NCBI GenBank assembly: GCA_905178155.1
Contig: CAJINV010000009.1
Coordinates: 2,829,373-2,893,372, forward strand
DNA from: Amoebophrya sp. A120
Lineage: Eukaryota > Protista > Dinoflagellata
Reading direction: 5' to 3'
DNA length: 64,000 nt
This document shows, one piece after another, positions 62,401 to 64,000 of the stretch; the stretch's first letter is position 1, and each line of letters begins with the position of its first letter. Both the position numbers and the translations under genes were made by a program. The notes below the pieces were generated by a model, which saw only the letters and a program-made list of their open reading frames with translations, was not told where the DNA came from and did no database searches.

Positions 62401-63948
62401 ATTTTGATTTCCATTCTGATATAATGGGGAGGGGGAACCTTTATTCTATATTGGGATAAAAAGACGGCAATCCCCACGTTGCCCAACAGGTAGGGTCGGC
62501 TTTCGAAAATTTCTTGTTGCAGCATGGTTGATAGCGTATGCTTTGCAAAAGTATGGCATCGTACTCGTATACCTAAACCTATACATTTACATGCATTACA
62601 AATTTCATGAGAATTAAAATCTGTAATGCGGATTTACCTTGAGAAGTACATTTGTAATGCATGATTGCAATTAGAATTACTACCCTACGTACGAGTACGA
62701 TACTTTTGCATTGCATATAGGGCGGTCTCGGCCAACAAGTCAAAACCGGCCACCAGCGGGTATCAAATGCAAAAATGTCTGGGTCTGGAAACTTGTGATG
62801 CAAGAAAGGGAGTAGTGAACTCACTCTAATGCGCTGCCAAGCATGACAAGTTTTTTCCGTGGTTCTGAGTTGCGTACCCCGCATGAGAAACTGAGTTTTT
62901 GCATGACAGGGAGGAGGAGCTCCTCGCGGCCATGCAACACAGAGTTCAGAGTCACGCCAGACAAGCATGACAAATCTCGCAATCTCCCAGACCCAGACAT
63001 TTTTACATTTGATAGCGGGTCTGCGGTCACAACCTGGAAGAGGGAAGAGACGGTGCAGCAAATCAAAACCTGGTTGTAGTAGCCGTAGTATTTCTTCACT
63101 TGCTCGAAGCGGGTCAACGGCTTCTGGCCCGGCTTCTTGCTCTTCTTCTTCGTCTTCTTCGCGCCGTCACTTCGCCTCTTACGTGGGGACGATGAGGTCG
63201 AGGAGGACCTCGATCTTCCTGTATTTTTCGCGGCTTTTGTCGTTGATCCCGGCGGAGGTGATAAGTCCCCGCCGGCGTGGAGGTTTTCAGGTGGATCACC
63301 ACTACCACCATCCCCGGGTCCACCTCCGCGATCAGCGCTGGAAAACAGTATCCAAGAAAAAAACTGTGTTAGTGTAACTTTCTTTGGCTGACAGCATCAC
63401 AAATTTGCTCTACATGACACAGAAAACCTGTCATGCGGGGTTTGTAAGGGAAAACACGCATGAAATGAGGACTGCATGGCTGTCTGGCATGACAGGCGTA
63501 ACATAACTCTGTTGCATGTTCTGCATCACAGATTTACACCTACACAGTTTTTTTCTAGCATAAACAGCATACTGCCTCCATTGCTGTACTTTAACCGCAC
63601 CCAAGGTAGGGCCAACGCAAGACCGCCCGCCACGGTTTTAATAGTACCCTTCGCAGACGTCGCACCGGAGGACCCGCTGAGCTTCACGTGCAAGTCGGTG
63701 GCGCGGATTTTTATCTTTCTGGGCCGCCCGCCCGGTACTGCAGCCTCGATCGCACATCGCGCTCCTTCGGGAGTTGTTTGAGTTTTGGATCGCACCTCAG
63801 GCGGGGCGATGAGATCTCTAGTGGGACGCCGGGCCGACCACGACCACGACCACCTCGTCTCTCTCTCGCGTGGTAGTACGTCGTCGAAAAATAGCAGGCG
63901 CCTCTCCTGCTTTGACGGCAGCGCTACTGCAGTACTTCTGTAGTCCAC
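59473..63948 (-). CDS. Multi-exon hypothetical protein; 62450-63948 rebuilt in frame, lower exons only partly assigned
   Basis: ...YSNGGSMLF|SSADRGGGPGDGG...KPLTRFEQVKKYYGYYNQVLICCTVSSLFQVVTADP|LVAGFDLLAETAL|STMLQQEIFESRPYLLGNVG across three elements; further exon-like ORF pieces at ~61155-61320 and ~59473-59740. Confidence 0.7.
60510..60867. mobile_element. Family C TIR element (358 bp)
   Basis: TATGGAAGTGTCAGAATCGAAATCGATAAAG...CTTTGTCGATTTCGATCCTGACGAGTCCATA; DR ACCTC/ACGGC. Confidence 0.75.
61324..61599. mobile_element. Family A TIR element
   Basis: ATGCATTGCAAATATGTCTGGGTCTGGAA...TTCCAGACCCAGACATATTTTCAATCCATA; exact left end unclear. Confidence 0.75.
62537..62717. mobile_element. Introner-like element, family E (181 bp)
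   Basis: TATGCTTTGCAAAAGTAT..ATCGTACTCGTA...TACGAGTACGATACTTTTGCATTGCATA; DR TAGCG/TAGGG; frame restored. Confidence 0.8.
62761..63014. mobile_element. Introner-like element, family A (254 bp), inverted relative to 32629-32882
   Basis: TATCAAATGCAAAAATGTCTGGGTCTGG...CCAGACCCAGACATTTTTACATTTGATA; perfect DR GCGGG; frame restored. Confidence 0.92.
63349..63562. mobile_element. Introner-like element, family D (214 bp)
   Basis: TATCCAAGAAAAAAACTGTGT...ACACAGTTTTTTTCTAGCATA; perfect DR AACAG; frame restored. Confidence 0.92.
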
Positions 63949-64000
63949 GATACTGCCGTTGCATTTTTGTCGCGTTTCTTGCGAGAAAGATGTAGTTAAA

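Noticed and set aside
1349-63567. Canonical GT-AG introns explaining the ORF breaks
   Set aside because: No register within the DR gave GT..AG at any of the six junctions tested.
1-64000. rRNA, tRNA, spliced-leader relics, intact transposase
   Set aside because: None recognised by eye; covariance-model and HMM searches would be needed to exclude them.

Overview
Eukaryotic (protist-like) genomic DNA. Hypothetical-protein genes, all on the minus strand wherever I could rebuild them, are split by at least 8 families of short elements with terminal inverted repeats (TIRs), mostly 180-400 bp. Almost all begin 5'-TA(T), end (A)TA-3' and are flanked by a 5-bp direct repeat (DR). At about 18 junctions checked by hand, deleting the element plus one DR copy restores an open reading frame, and no GT-AG pair fits the six junctions I tested. 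These look like non-canonical transposon-derived introns (introners), as described in the parasitic dinoflagellate Amoebophrya; the taxon is my inference. Copies of one family sit in both orientations, and unrelated families share an internal GCATSACA motif. The window also holds nested GC-rich repeats, a decayed Ty3/Gypsy-like pol relic with apparent A:T>G:C damage, a decayed CXXC-repeat pseudogene and minisatellites. I recognised no rRNA, tRNA, CRISPR array or named gene. Family labels A-H are my own.
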